Positions 46,126 to 56,220 of a stretch of 64,000 bases of DNA are shown here, in pieces; within the stretch, counting starts at the first letter, position 1, and each line of letters starts with the position of its first letter. Source of the stretch: an uncultured cyanobacterium. GTDB lineage: Bacteria; Cyanobacteriota; Cyanobacteriia; PCC-9006; JAAUQQ01. A program made the translations under genes and the position numbers. The stretch lies in the NCBI GenBank assembly GCA_963718615.1, contig OY970368.1:5856001-5920000 (forward strand). Direction: 5' to 3'. The notes below the pieces were generated by a model that was given only the letters and a program-made list of their open reading frames with translations, searched no databases and was not told where the DNA came from.

Positions 46126-46365
46126 ATGTCTGGACTGGCGATTTTGATCGCGATCATTGTCATCGTCTTGCTCTGGTCTCAGTTTCGCCCAGGCCGTAGC
46201 AGCCCCTTGGGCCGAGGCAATAGCGCCAGGCAGCTAAGCAAACGCGTGGGTAAACAGGCGGCCAAGCGTCTGATCCAGCAGGTGCAGCGCAGCCATCCCG
46301 ATCGATCGCGCGACTGGTGTGCCGATAAAGCACTGTTTGATCTAGAGCGCGATCGCCGCTATTAG
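46126..46365 (+). CDS. Small membrane-anchored hypothetical protein
   Basis: N-terminal TM; A.RLI......HPDRS.DWC.DKA..DLERDR C-terminal motif seen in cyanobacterial small proteins. Confidence 0.65.
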   Translation: MSGLAILIAIIVIVLLWSQFRPGRSSPLGRGNSARQLSKRVGKQAAKRLIQQVQRSHPDRSRDWCADKALFDLERDRRY

Positions 46366-46510
46366 ACGCTGAGTAAGAATTTTTTGTATTGATTTCAACA
46401 AATCCCATTAAAGCCCGTTGCCGAAAAATTCCGATCCCTTAAGATAAAGCCTGCAACCCCGATCATTAGTACTGTGCTTGTCCGCCGTTTTTCACGGGTG
46501 CCATCTTCCT

Positions 46511-46966
46511 ATGACTAACCTTGAACTCGATGCTTTTCTGGCACAATGTTGTCAGCAGCTAGAGCGACGTCAAGCCTATCTCGTGCAGGAGTTTGGGCTG
46601 GGGCAGTGCGAGCGCTTTATCTTGGATTTAGAGCGGGGCTTACTGTCGGGATGCGATCGCCAACAGGTTCGCCTCCAAGCGAATATCACCCCCATTGGCT
46701 CCTACTGCCTGCGGCAGCGGCAGTGGCGGTGGGCTTGGGCTGATCAGAAGGTATCGCCCAGCCTCAAGGCAGAAGCAGCCTATCTCAAAGGCTTAGCCCA
46801 TCAGACAGGCTTAGCATTTTTTCAAGCAGAATCGTTCGAATCCGATGAACAATTGACCTGGGAACTCACGGCCATGGCCTGCCATTACCTGGACGCGGCA
46901 GGCTGGTATCGCATGGCGTCGGATGAGGGATTTTGGATTCTGGCACTCAACTCCATAGAGGGTTAG
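46511..46966 (+). CDS. Hypothetical protein, DUF6882-like
   Basis: Q..L...FGLG....F.LD...G.L, IGSY......W.WAWA, WELTAMA...L.A.G.YR. Confidence 0.65.
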   Translation: MTNLELDAFLAQCCQQLERRQAYLVQEFGLGQCERFILDLERGLLSGCDRQQVRLQANITPIGSYCLRQRQWRWAWADQKVSPSLKAEAAYLKGLAHQTGLAFFQAESFESDEQLTWELTAMACHYLDAAGWYRMASDEGFWILALNSIEG

Positions 46967-46987
46967 CACAAACCTTAAACATAGACC

Positions 46988-47716
46988 TTAAGTATAAATC
47001 TTAAACAGCGTCCCCTGGGCCGGGGGCCTCGCTTCTTGCAGGGTCACTGCCTGTTTTTCAAACCGGAGCTGAGTCGCTTTCAATTGTGTTTCAAACTGGG
47101 CTTGATAGGGACGATTTGGATCGATCAACCAGCATTGTCCCTGAGGTTTTAACACCGACTGAATGAGACCTAGTAAGGGTTCAATATTTCGCGTTTCGTA
47201 AATAACATCTGAAGCCAGCAGGAGATCAACTTCTAGACCTGCCGGGGGAACGCGCCAGTCCAGGGGGAGAGTCTCGAATTGTTCGCAGGGATGGAAGCCG
47301 TTGGCGATCGCATTCTCCGCCGCAAACCTCAACGCCGCGCTGTCATAGTCACTAAAGCAAACCCAAAACCCTTGCGCTAGGGCCGCGACACCGGGTAGAC
47401 CGACGCCACAACCGATTTCCAGCGCCCTGAGACCCATAGGCCAGCGGTTCAAAAGGATCGCTTGGGCGAGCATTTGGGCGGAGGGCCAGAGGTCGGCCCA
47501 ATAAGGCATATATTCGTCCCGCTCAAAGGCTTGATGGGTCGCGGGGTGGTCGAGCAGGGCGTCAATATTGCCGGGGTAGCGGATAGAAAAGGGGCGATCG
47601 CCCCGCCAATGACCATTGGAATCTTCCCATCCCAAGGTTTCAAACGTCAGAATTCGTTCTACAACCGAGCCTAAGGCTTCAGTTGGCGTCTCATGGAGAA
47701 AGGGTTGGGAGGGCAT
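46988..47716 (-). CDS. Class I SAM methyltransferase (METTL21/family 16-like)
   Basis: MPYWADLWPSA, LEIGCGVGL, SDYD, LDW, ASDVIYE. Confidence 0.88.
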   Translation of the reverse strand: MPSQPFLHETPTEALGSVVERILTFETLGWEDSNGHWRGDRPFSIRYPGNIDALLDHPATHQAFERDEYMPYWADLWPSAQMLAQAILLNRWPMGLRALEIGCGVGLPGVAALAQGFWVCFSDYDSAALRFAAENAIANGFHPCEQFETLPLDWRVPPAGLEVDLLLASDVIYETRNIEPLLGLIQSVLKPQGQCWLIDPNRPYQAQFETQLKATQLRFEKQAVTLQEARPPAQGTLFKIYT

Positions 47717-47780
47717 AACCAAACAGCCATACAATAACGGTCATTCCAAGCAGACAAAAACAACAGGTAAAAAAGAATCC

Positions 47781-47826
47781 AAAAAAACAGGGACAATAGA
47801 CTATCTTAGAATAGCCCATTGTCCTG
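47781..47826 (-). terminator. Rho-independent terminator downstream of csbD
   Basis: Minus strand GGACAATGGGCTAT-loop-ATAGTCTATTGTCC, then CTG and T7. Confidence 0.65.
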
Positions 47827-47966
47827 CGATTCATTATTCCTCAATTCTCCTGTTGAGAACTTCCCTGTCGAAGATATTGGATTAATGATTGACCGATTGT
47901 CAAACACCCGTTAAATGCGCGTTTAATAGTATACCGAGAGTATTTCGTCAAACGCTAATCGATGAG

Positions 47967-48149
47967 TTAATCGATAACTCTTTTGGCTTGGTCCTTAACA
48001 TCTTCGACGGCATGACGGCCTTCCGCTTCCGCTTGCTTCCCTTGACCTTCAATCTGGTCTTTCTCGCTACCGGTGACTTTGCCTACTGTCTCTTGGATTT
48101 TACCTTCGACATTCTTAGCCGTTGCTTTGGCGCGATCTTCTAAACTCAT
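47967..48149 (-). CDS. csbD: CsbD family stress protein
   Basis: MSLEDRAKATAKNVEGKIQE.VG.VTG...Q.EG..KQ.E. Confidence 0.9.
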   Translation of the reverse strand: MSLEDRAKATAKNVEGKIQETVGKVTGSEKDQIEGQGKQAEAEGRHAVEDVKDQAKRVID

Positions 48150-48453
48150 GACTGGTCGTCTCCTAATTGATAGGGTTGAAACCTTGGATTTCGTCTTGTT
48201 CAACCTAAACCTAAATTTAGATGAAAACCAAGCCCCTGAATATCGCCCTAAGGAGTTGTTTGTTACTATGATTGACTCTTTCTAAAGATGCAGGCCATGG
48301 AATTTTGCAAAATCCAAAGATACAGAAGCCCAAAGATATGCTCAAAGAGATAAAGGTATTGAGCGTTACACACCTGCCCCCACAGCACGCTGGCCCGATC
48401 CCCTATCACCCTTTAGTCTGGTGGGACTGAGTTGATTCTAGCGAGGCAGCACC

Positions 48454-49134
48454 ATGGTTCCGTCGATTCAACAAGAGCGCAAGCGTTCAGGAAAGCTCCT
48501 CATGCGGGGTCTAAAGCACAGCTTGGTGCTGGCCAAGATGCGAGTCCATGCCATCGGGACTCGACTCTCCCGTCGGTTGCAGAGGGCAGTCTTCACATGG
48601 CCTTCGCGGGTGGGCTGGATTGATACGGTGATTGTGACGCTGCTTTATGGTTGTATTGCTCTCGTGGTAGGGTTTGCGTCAGGTTTAGTGAATCCGCCTA
48701 TTCCCAGCGAAATTTCCCGCGAGCTGTTTGCACCCAAAGCCTTGGTTGCGGCGCTTCTACCCGACCATTTTTGGACCTTTGCGGGAATATCGTTTTTGCT
48801 GCCTGCGCTGGCGGAGGAGTTGGTGTTTCGGGTTTTGTGGGTGCCTCGCCGGGAGGAGCGATCGCCCCGCTGGCGAAAATGGGCCTGGGCGGCCTTGGCC
48901 TTGGGTGCTTTTGTCCTCTGGCATCCGCTCAATGCAAGATTCTTTTTAACCGATGCCCAATCGGTTTTCACGCAACCCAGCTTTCTCGGTCTAGCCGCAC
49001 TTTTAGGCTTGGCCTGTACGGTGTTGTATCAGCGGACGGGTTCAGTTTGGAGTCCGGTGGTGTTTCATTGGTTGGTTGGAGTGGGCTGGAAACTGTTGGG
49101 TGGGTTTGCTTGGCTAGAATCCCTAGGACGCTAG
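48454..49134 (+). CDS. CPBP (Abi/CAAX) intramembrane metalloprotease
   Basis: PALAEELVFR, FVLWH, GS.W.PV..HW. Confidence 0.85.
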   Translation: MVPSIQQERKRSGKLLMRGLKHSLVLAKMRVHAIGTRLSRRLQRAVFTWPSRVGWIDTVIVTLLYGCIALVVGFASGLVNPPIPSEISRELFAPKALVAALLPDHFWTFAGISFLLPALAEELVFRVLWVPRREERSPRWRKWAWAALALGAFVLWHPLNARFFLTDAQSVFTQPSFLGLAALLGLACTVLYQRTGSVWSPVVFHWLVGVGWKLLGGFAWLESLGR

Positions 49135-49178
49135 CAAACGCCAAATTCGTAAACGCTAAATTGATATGGGCATCAAGA

Positions 49179-50582
49179 CTACCAAGGACTACTCACCATG
49201 GTAAAGCTTGCCCAATAGAAAGGATTGGACAAGTCATCCGTTGTCGGAATTTCCAAGGCATCTGGCAAATCAACTGCGCCCCTAGACAACTGTAGTCGAA
49301 TGCCTTGGGATGTTGTAGCGCTGTTCTCTTCAAACCGCACTTCTCCTCGCAGCATCCGCAATTGGGCTTGCCGCAGCGCCTCGGCTTTAGTCGATGCCGT
49401 CCCTAGTTGGCTATAGAACTCTCCCATGAGTGCCAGCGTTTCCGCATCATTGACATTCCACAAACTTGCGACAGCCGATTTAACGCCTGATTGGAGCGCC
49501 ATCCCGGCAAACCCAAGCTCTGCTTGGTCATCCCCCAAAGCCGTTGAGCAGGCACTCAGCACCAAGAGCTCCAGCGGACGCCAGTGCAAATGATGCATGT
49601 GATCTAGAGCCAAGGGTTGATCCCACAACTGAATATAGGATTGTGCCGGTTTGCCTGTTCGGAAGGCGGCGTGGGTTGCGAGATGCGCCACATCAAAGGC
49701 TTGGGAGCTGAGGGCATTGCGTAGGTTTTTGAGCGTGAACGTTTCGTTTAAAAAGGACTGGCCTTGCCAAGGGCGTTGAGAGGTTTTAGTCGTCTGTAGT
49801 TCTTCAATAATGGTATTTAATTCCAGCGGAACGGCTGGCAATGGATCTTGTGTTTGAAACTTAGATGCTCCCATGGCCAAAATTTTTCGTTCTGGCAAAC
49901 CCGTATAATGGGTGTCAATGAGATTAAATGCCGGAATTCGCGTTAGCGCATACTTTTCAATTAAATATTGCTGACCGTCATGGAGGGCTGCGATCGGTAT
50001 CCCTCGTAACCCTTGGCCTAAACAGACGAGGATTGTATCGATGTTTTGTGCCTGCAAATAGTCCGCCTCAAAGGGCTTAATGATCCAATCATGCAACTTC
50101 TGAGCAGCAGCCAGCCGCACGATGGGCCGAGGGCTCACCACATCGCGATAAAACCGATGCACTGTGGTATCCAGTTGGGGACGAGCGGCCTCGGCTAAAT
50201 CTCGCACAATTGGTGCTTGCCCTGGTGTAATTAAAACCAAATGCAGTTCTTTTTCCCGAGGCATGACCCAGAGGACTGCGGGTTTTGTGCTGGTTTGTTC
50301 GCCAACCTGGGTGAGGGTCTGGGCGATCGCCGCTGGATCCTGGGTCACCTCTGTCAAATCCCGCCCAAAATAATCCTCAAACTCGGTCTCTAGACGTCGC
50401 TCCATGGCTAAGACTTGGTTGGATAGGCTGACTTCGGCGGCGATCGCCTCTCCCGGTCGGAGAAGATTAGGCACAAGACTAGGCCCTAAACCGACCCCAA
50501 GCACGAATACAAAGCTCAAGATTGCCCAAATCCATCTACGGCTTTTGCCCCTCAATGTCATTTTCATGAATGCCATTGCCAT
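49179..50582 (-). CDS. Secreted stand-alone CHAT-domain protease
   Basis: Signal peptide (AIA-AE), IPIAALHDG.QYLIE.Y, HLATHA (His), LVLSACSTA (Cys), ASLWNV.D, PFYWASF. Confidence 0.88.
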   Translation of the reverse strand: MAMAFMKMTLRGKSRRWIWAILSFVFVLGVGLGPSLVPNLLRPGEAIAAEVSLSNQVLAMERRLETEFEDYFGRDLTEVTQDPAAIAQTLTQVGEQTSTKPAVLWVMPREKELHLVLITPGQAPIVRDLAEAARPQLDTTVHRFYRDVVSPRPIVRLAAAQKLHDWIIKPFEADYLQAQNIDTILVCLGQGLRGIPIAALHDGQQYLIEKYALTRIPAFNLIDTHYTGLPERKILAMGASKFQTQDPLPAVPLELNTIIEELQTTKTSQRPWQGQSFLNETFTLKNLRNALSSQAFDVAHLATHAAFRTGKPAQSYIQLWDQPLALDHMHHLHWRPLELLVLSACSTALGDDQAELGFAGMALQSGVKSAVASLWNVNDAETLALMGEFYSQLGTASTKAEALRQAQLRMLRGEVRFEENSATTSQGIRLQLSRGAVDLPDALEIPTTDDLSNPFYWASFTMVSSPW

Positions 50583-50757
50583 GATCGTGTCCCTTCTCCG
50601 GAGAAACCTTGAGCATGATCGTTGTAATTATTACTAGCATTAAAATCTGCCTTTGGGTAGAGATTGAAGGCAGAGGTAGACAATTATGCTTGGGTCGTTT
50701 CTGCAATGGCTGGGTAAAATGCTTCTACATCCTTCAAAGAGCGTTGATAGATGTTCT

Positions 50758-53199
50758 TCAATTACGGTTTTGAGTTAAAAACAAATTTTCTAAAAGCTGT
50801 TGCCGTTTCTCCTGAGGAAAGTAATTACGAGTGCGAATACAGTGACACAGTAATGTGCAGCCGTGGTAATAGTTGCTTAAACCAGCAACAGCCGATGCTT
50901 CCCCATAGGCAGTGGTGGGAAACTGAAATTGTTGCGATTCTAAAAATTGATTTTGTTCCTTGTCGGGTTGCGATACAGCCCCAACCTGTTGACTCATGGC
51001 TTGGATAGCGATCGCCCCTCCCAATCCCCCCCGTTGCCGAAGCTGTTGCTGCGTTGCTCGAAACAAATCCACGACATCCTGCCGAAAATCCTGAGGATGC
51101 TCTAATACATAGTCAAAAAACAGGGCTCGTACTTCATCTACGCTATGGGCTGCTTGGATTCTATTGTGCAAGCTTGAATTCTGCCACACTTGACGCAATG
51201 CATCCCCAAAGTCAAAGGTATTACCCTGTTGTAATGCCTGTTGCGTTTGCCCATTGAGATTGCATTTAAAGCAATGGGCGAGGACTAAATCATGGCTAAA
51301 ATGATAATCTACCGCTAACACTCGGCTAATGCGTCGAGCTGGATCAAACGTATAGTGATAATCTGCACAAAAGGCACTGATTACAAGCCTAGGTTCTAGG
51401 GGAGATTGCTCCAGAATCTTGCGAGCCTGGGCTGGACTTGCGTCAGTGACTTGATAGTAGGTAATGATTTTTTGAGCGATCGCCCCCCCTGCACTAATTT
51501 GCGTTTGTACAACGGAGTCCTGATCTCCTAAATAAATCTGTAACTGTTGGGCGATAAATTCACAAAAGCGCCAATGCTGATCCTTAGAAAGCATCTCCGC
51601 CAAAAATAGAAAAACATCGTACCAATCTCGTCGAAACAGGCGATCCGGTTGAATCACCGGGTTTACCGCTTGGTCTGAGCCAGGAAGAGCCATGATTTGC
51701 TCAAACAGAGACAAGGCAATGAGATATTCGTGAAAAGACAAATGGGAAAAACGATAATTATTCCAGCCCTCTTGAATAATCAGACCACAGAAAACTTCAA
51801 TTTCATGAATAAACGACTGAACGGACACCTGATCCAGATTGGTAGGGATTAACGCAGCACATTGTAAGCGATCGTCCGAGGCGGAAAAGCATTTTCCAGG
51901 ATTCTCAAAGGTGGCTTGGGCGATCGCCTTCAAGATCCGCAGCTTCTCTCCATAGGATTGACGACTAAAATGATTACTCGGATCTAAAACATGACTTTTA
52001 TTCCAGTCCTCTAATAAACCATGTAAGGCCATTTCGTAAAGTTTGGCCTTGCCCTGGGGTAAAAAGTTAGAGCTTTGAAAAACGATGCAAAGGAGGGCCA
52101 ATAAGAGCGGAATTTCTGCTAAGGCTTGGTCTGCTTTTGGCCCTTGCCGAATTTGGTCAATCCAACCGAGAAATTGTCCAATGGTCTGGGAATTGGACTG
52201 AAACCAGCTATCGATAAAGGCTCGGATTTGCTCACCTGAGAAATTCTGAATGGTGGCTTGGGTGAACTGGCTATAGCTGTGCTGATGGGCTGCGGTTCGA
52301 CAACTTACGACAATATGGTTTTGATAGAAAACATCAAAATTGGTCAGGAGTAATGTCTTGGAAACCGCTTCGGAAATTTCATCTTCGCCATCGAGCAATA
52401 GGAGCACTGAACCCGAGCGAAATAGCTCTAGAACGGTTTCAGATTCCAATTGACAAGTGATTCCATAAATTTCTGCGATACAGTCAATGAGTGATTGATG
52501 CTCAAGCGCCTTGGAAATGTCCCGAAGGGCAACGAACAGTGGCACTAAATTTGGCTTAAATAGACCTTCAATACATTGAGTCGCCAGATACTTTAAAAAG
52601 GTGCTTTTTCCGGAACCCGGCAAACCTAAAACATAGAGATGCTGGTATTTGTCAACCGCCTCTTCTCCCGATAGGCTGGGCTGGGCTGGGCTGGGCGTTG
52701 CAAGAATTGCGCTTGAATCGGGGGTTGAGTTGAGGCTTGAGTTGAGGCTTGAATCAATAAATGCATAGGTACTGCTGCTGTCCTGAATCTTGAGTCGCGT
52801 GGGGACAGCCTGAAAATGTTGAGGCAAAACGGCCCCTAGCAGATGCATCATCTGGCAGCGCTGGCGAATATAGGGCCGGATGCGATCGCGGACCGATTGC
52901 ACCTCTGAATTCACCCCCTTAACTGGATGTTCTGGATTAACCGCAGCCGTTGCAGGGACTGGCATCGCCTCGGCAATTAACTCCTGCCAAGACAACCCTA
53001 AAAATGTAGAGATTTCTTTGAATTTCGGCGACCAGACAGGTTCTCCCCGCAGGAATTTTCCCACGACCGATCGATCGACCTGTAGCGCTTCCGCAACGGA
53101 CTGGCGGGTCAGCAGACGCTGTTGAAAGATCTGTAGTGCTTGCTCGACCCCTTGTGCAGAGGCCCTGAGAGAGGGCTTACCCCGTCGTGACGACTTCAT
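50758..53199 (-). CDS. HTH-NACHT STAND NTPase
   Basis: N-terminal XRE-like HTH (RQSVAEALQVDRSVV.KFL.G), Walker A GLPGSGKST, Walker B LLLLDG.DE, SCR, PLLL.LLC, FSHLSFHEYL. Confidence 0.88.
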   Translation of the reverse strand: MKSSRRGKPSLRASAQGVEQALQIFQQRLLTRQSVAEALQVDRSVVGKFLRGEPVWSPKFKEISTFLGLSWQELIAEAMPVPATAAVNPEHPVKGVNSEVQSVRDRIRPYIRQRCQMMHLLGAVLPQHFQAVPTRLKIQDSSSTYAFIDSSLNSSLNSTPDSSAILATPSPAQPSLSGEEAVDKYQHLYVLGLPGSGKSTFLKYLATQCIEGLFKPNLVPLFVALRDISKALEHQSLIDCIAEIYGITCQLESETVLELFRSGSVLLLLDGEDEISEAVSKTLLLTNFDVFYQNHIVVSCRTAAHQHSYSQFTQATIQNFSGEQIRAFIDSWFQSNSQTIGQFLGWIDQIRQGPKADQALAEIPLLLALLCIVFQSSNFLPQGKAKLYEMALHGLLEDWNKSHVLDPSNHFSRQSYGEKLRILKAIAQATFENPGKCFSASDDRLQCAALIPTNLDQVSVQSFIHEIEVFCGLIIQEGWNNYRFSHLSFHEYLIALSLFEQIMALPGSDQAVNPVIQPDRLFRRDWYDVFLFLAEMLSKDQHWRFCEFIAQQLQIYLGDQDSVVQTQISAGGAIAQKIITYYQVTDASPAQARKILEQSPLEPRLVISAFCADYHYTFDPARRISRVLAVDYHFSHDLVLAHCFKCNLNGQTQQALQQGNTFDFGDALRQVWQNSSLHNRIQAAHSVDEVRALFFDYVLEHPQDFRQDVVDLFRATQQQLRQRGGLGGAIAIQAMSQQVGAVSQPDKEQNQFLESQQFQFPTTAYGEASAVAGLSNYYHGCTLLCHCIRTRNYFPQEKRQQLLENLFLTQNRN

Positions 53200-53652
53200 G
53201 GTGAGATTTATCTTGAATCTTGCTTGACTTGTGGATATTTTGCTGGTTTTATAAATTCAAGAGCGTATTCTGTTTAACGAATTTCTCAGCAATTCTGATT
53301 GGTTCTAAGCCTAACCACCAAACAGCGGGATTCCCCTGGGGAGATTGATGCTGTCTTGGTCCAGAGACCGTTCCTTATTTTGTCCTCATTGGTCCTGAGT
53401 GGGTCAAAAAGGGGCCGATAAAATCATCATAATCCAGGATTTGATGGATGGGGCGATCGCCGACCGGAAGGAACTGCTGCAGAACGATGACCCAGAACGA
53501 TGACAGTTTAAGGCTAACGACTTAAGGCTAACGACAGTTGCGCCTAGTCCTGTGGAGATAATGCTGGGCGTTTGGGGGAGATATCAGCCCCGCACCCCAT
53601 TCATGTCCCCAAAGGGCTGTCCCTTCATCGTCATTTTGGATGACCCTCGATC

Positions 53653-54036
53653 ATGTCACAGGATTTTCTATCGCCTCGCTTTGACCTGTCCGCATTTCCG
53701 TCCGTATCTTTAGACGAGCAGCTTCAGCAGCTTCTGCAACTGCCGGTCCAGAGTCTCGATCGCTCAAAAGCGCTGACTCAGTTGATTATTGCCATACAAA
53801 AGTCTGGCAATATTGGGGTTGGTCTGGGTGTTGAAGATCAGGCGGAAGGTTATGCGATCGCCCTCCAAAAAACCTGGCTCCATTTTTGCCAACATCCGGA
53901 ATGCTATGGGCGAGGGGTTATCGAGCATTTCAATCAAAGGTTATGGGTCAATCTTCAGTGCGCTTGTTTTAGTACAACTGCTTTTAACGTTCCCCCAGCG
54001 CTGCGCGTTACCATATTTGAGGACCGAGTTTCCTAG
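53653..54036 (+). CDS. Truncated/diverged cyanobacterial sigma-70-like protein (N-terminal part only)
   Basis: LDEQL.QL....P..S..R...LTQLI..IQ.SG, Y..ALQKTW..FC, VI..FN..L resemble the start of cyanobacterial ECF-like sigma factors; no region 4 HTH. Confidence 0.5.
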   Translation: MSQDFLSPRFDLSAFPSVSLDEQLQQLLQLPVQSLDRSKALTQLIIAIQKSGNIGVGLGVEDQAEGYAIALQKTWLHFCQHPECYGRGVIEHFNQRLWVNLQCACFSTTAFNVPPALRVTIFEDRVS

Positions 54037-54097
54037 AACGCGTGAGTAGTTCTGCAAACCGTCCTGCAAAATCCCCTGTGAATTGAGGAGTCTCGCT

Positions 54098-54328
54098 ATG
54101 TTTTTTGATGAACTCTCCCCCTTTGTAAAAGAGCTGACCCAAAATCCCATTGCCTTCCTCGGGGGCTTCGCCGCAGGCATTCTGCGCCTTGACCTCAATC
54201 AAGACCCCGTTAAAACCTGGCTCGAACAGCAAGGAGCAACCCCCACTCCACCGGCAGGGGGCTCCGGCGGCAACTCCGGCGGCAACTCTGGCAATGGCAA
54301 CGGCCCCCAATCGATTTCAATTGATTAG
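54098..54328 (+). CDS. Conserved small cyanobacterial protein
   Basis: MF.DEL.P...EL.Q.PIAF.GGF..G.LRL.L..DPV..WL..QG...GPQSI.ID; GAGGAG RBS. Confidence 0.8.
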   Translation: MFFDELSPFVKELTQNPIAFLGGFAAGILRLDLNQDPVKTWLEQQGATPTPPAGGSGGNSGGNSGNGNGPQSISID

Positions 54329-54339
54329 AGGGAATCTCC

Positions 54340-55434
54340 ATGGCGTTTTCTGCTGCACATCCCCTTGGGGTCGCCATCGTTGGCACTGGATTTGGTCAAA
54401 AGGTACATATTCCGGGGTTTCAGGCTTTCCCGAAGACTCAGGTGGTGGCGGTTTATCATCGCGATCGCCCCAAGGCCGAAGCCATCGCCACCACCCACCA
54501 AATCCCCCACGCCTGCACCGATCTCGATCGCCTGCTCGAACTTCCTGAGGTTCAAGCCGTTAGCCTGTCTACGCCGCCCTTTGCTCATTTTGAGATGGCC
54601 AAAGCGGTCCTCAAGGCGGGCAAGCATTTGCTCCTGGAAAAACCCACTGCGCTCAATGCCAACGAAGCCAGGGCGCTGTTGGATTTGGCCACCGCTCAAG
54701 GGGTCATGGCGACGCTGGATTTTGAATATCGGTTTGTCCCGGCTTGGCAATACCTGGCGGAGCTGCTGGAATCGGGGTTTGTGGGGCAAAAATACCTGGT
54801 GCGCATCGATTGGCTGATGTCTAGCCGTGCCGATAAGAGCCGTCCCTGGAATTGGTATGCCCAAAAATCCATGGGAGGCGGAGCGTTGGGGGCCTTGGGT
54901 TCCCATACCTTTGACTATATTTCCTGGCTCTTTGGGCCGGTGCAGCGGCTGTCGGCCCGGTTGTCCACGGCGATCGCCGAACGCACCGATCCCAGGACTG
55001 GCCAGCCCCGCCCCGTGGATGCTGATGATACCTGTTTGATTCATCTCGATTTAGCGGATGGCACGCCGGTTCAGGTGGCGCTGAGTTCAGTCAGTCGCAA
55101 TGGCCGGGGGCATTGGGTGGAGGTGTATGGCGATCGCGGTACCCTCGTTCTCGGCAGCAGCAACCAGCAGGACTACGTTCACGGGTTTCAACTTTGGAGT
55201 GCCCAGGCCGGCGAAGACCTGAGCGAAATGCCGATTCCAGCACGCTTTGCCTTTGAGAAGGACTATCCCGATGGTCGGCTCGCACCGTTTATCCGCGTCG
55301 TCGAAAACTGGGTCCGCAGCATTGAGCAAAACACGCCCAGCACACCGACGCTGCGAGAGGGGCTCTATTCTCAGATCCTGATGGATGCCACCCATCGCTC
55401 CCAGGAGACGGGGCAGTGGATCACGGTCGGCTAA
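54340..55434 (+). CDS. Gfo/Idh/MocA family oxidoreductase
   Basis: VGTGFG, TPP..H, EKP, DFEYRF, GGGALG..GSH..D. Confidence 0.9.
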   Translation: MAFSAAHPLGVAIVGTGFGQKVHIPGFQAFPKTQVVAVYHRDRPKAEAIATTHQIPHACTDLDRLLELPEVQAVSLSTPPFAHFEMAKAVLKAGKHLLLEKPTALNANEARALLDLATAQGVMATLDFEYRFVPAWQYLAELLESGFVGQKYLVRIDWLMSSRADKSRPWNWYAQKSMGGGALGALGSHTFDYISWLFGPVQRLSARLSTAIAERTDPRTGQPRPVDADDTCLIHLDLADGTPVQVALSSVSRNGRGHWVEVYGDRGTLVLGSSNQQDYVHGFQLWSAQAGEDLSEMPIPARFAFEKDYPDGRLAPFIRVVENWVRSIEQNTPSTPTLREGLYSQILMDATHRSQETGQWITVG

Positions 55435-55477
55435 AGCTGTGATCCAAAGGTTAGAGTGCCTTAGAGCACTTCTGTAC

Positions 55478-55816
55478 TTAGCTCACCGCAAAGTCCGTAT
55501 ACTGTCGGAGATGGGGAGCATGATAGGCTAAAACAATATCCTGCTTGGGTACTCCTAATTCGGCTAATTGGTCTGCGATCGCAACCTCAGACCCATCATG
55601 TTGCACCCAGATCTTCCCGTCTTTAATATCAACATGCACGACACAGCCATAAATACGGGTGCTGTTATCCTTCCAACCTGTGTGGACAATTTGGTAATGG
55701 TCCCGTTCCGTATCAAAAACGAGCTCCGTTTCTATGGATGAGTTCGAAGATTGAACTTGAGCTCTTTGCTGAAGTAAATCTTGGATATAGTGGCGATAAA
55801 GATTTAGTTTATCCAT
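55478..55816 (-). CDS. xisI: XisI family protein
   Basis: MDKL..YR..IQ, FD..RDHYQ....GW, H.DIKDGKIW.Q.DG.E..IA..L...GVPK.DIVL. Confidence 0.92.
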   Translation of the reverse strand: MDKLNLYRHYIQDLLQQRAQVQSSNSSIETELVFDTERDHYQIVHTGWKDNSTRIYGCVVHVDIKDGKIWVQHDGSEVAIADQLAELGVPKQDIVLAYHAPHLRQYTDFAVS

Positions 55817-56220
55817 TGAATGATCCTTGGGGTTAACGTGCTATGAACAATTAAAGGAACTTGGTTACGCCGAACAGATTTCTGAACGAATGGATAGATA
55901 AAAAAACGTTTATAAATGTCTTCAGGTACAGCTAGATAAAGTCGCCTTTCGGGCTCTTCATCCTCTAGAGCAAGCCGATAGTTGATAAATTGGCCAATAG
56001 CTGCATGAAACTCAGAAATCGTTGAAGGTGCCAAAAAAGTCTTAATTTCAACGGCTATCTTTTCTGTATTGCGTTCCGCTGCAATCAGACGTTCTGCACC
56101 CAAATCGATATAAAGATCGGTAAAACCCAACTCAATTCGATACGGGTCATGAGTAATGCTCCAGCCTTCATCAAACAAAGCGTTTTTGACTAACTCATGG
56201 AAGAGATCCTTGGCCGACAT
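55804..56220 (-). CDS. xisH: XisH family protein
   Basis: MSAKDLFH..VK.AL...GW.IT.DP, IDLGAE, IAVEIK.F, A.GQ..NYR..L....P.R.LYLAVP. Confidence 0.92.
   Translation of the reverse strand: MSAKDLFHELVKNALFDEGWSITHDPYRIELGFTDLYIDLGAERLIAAERNTEKIAVEIKTFLAPSTISEFHAAIGQFINYRLALEDEEPERRLYLAVPEDIYKRFFIYPFVQKSVRRNQVPLIVHSTLTPRIIQWIN

Noticed and set aside
54325-55044. Long antisense ORFs (also 12263-12919, 24934-25494, 27434-28039, 5086-5559)
   Set aside because: Shadow frames of well-supported GC-rich genes, with no recognisable motifs.
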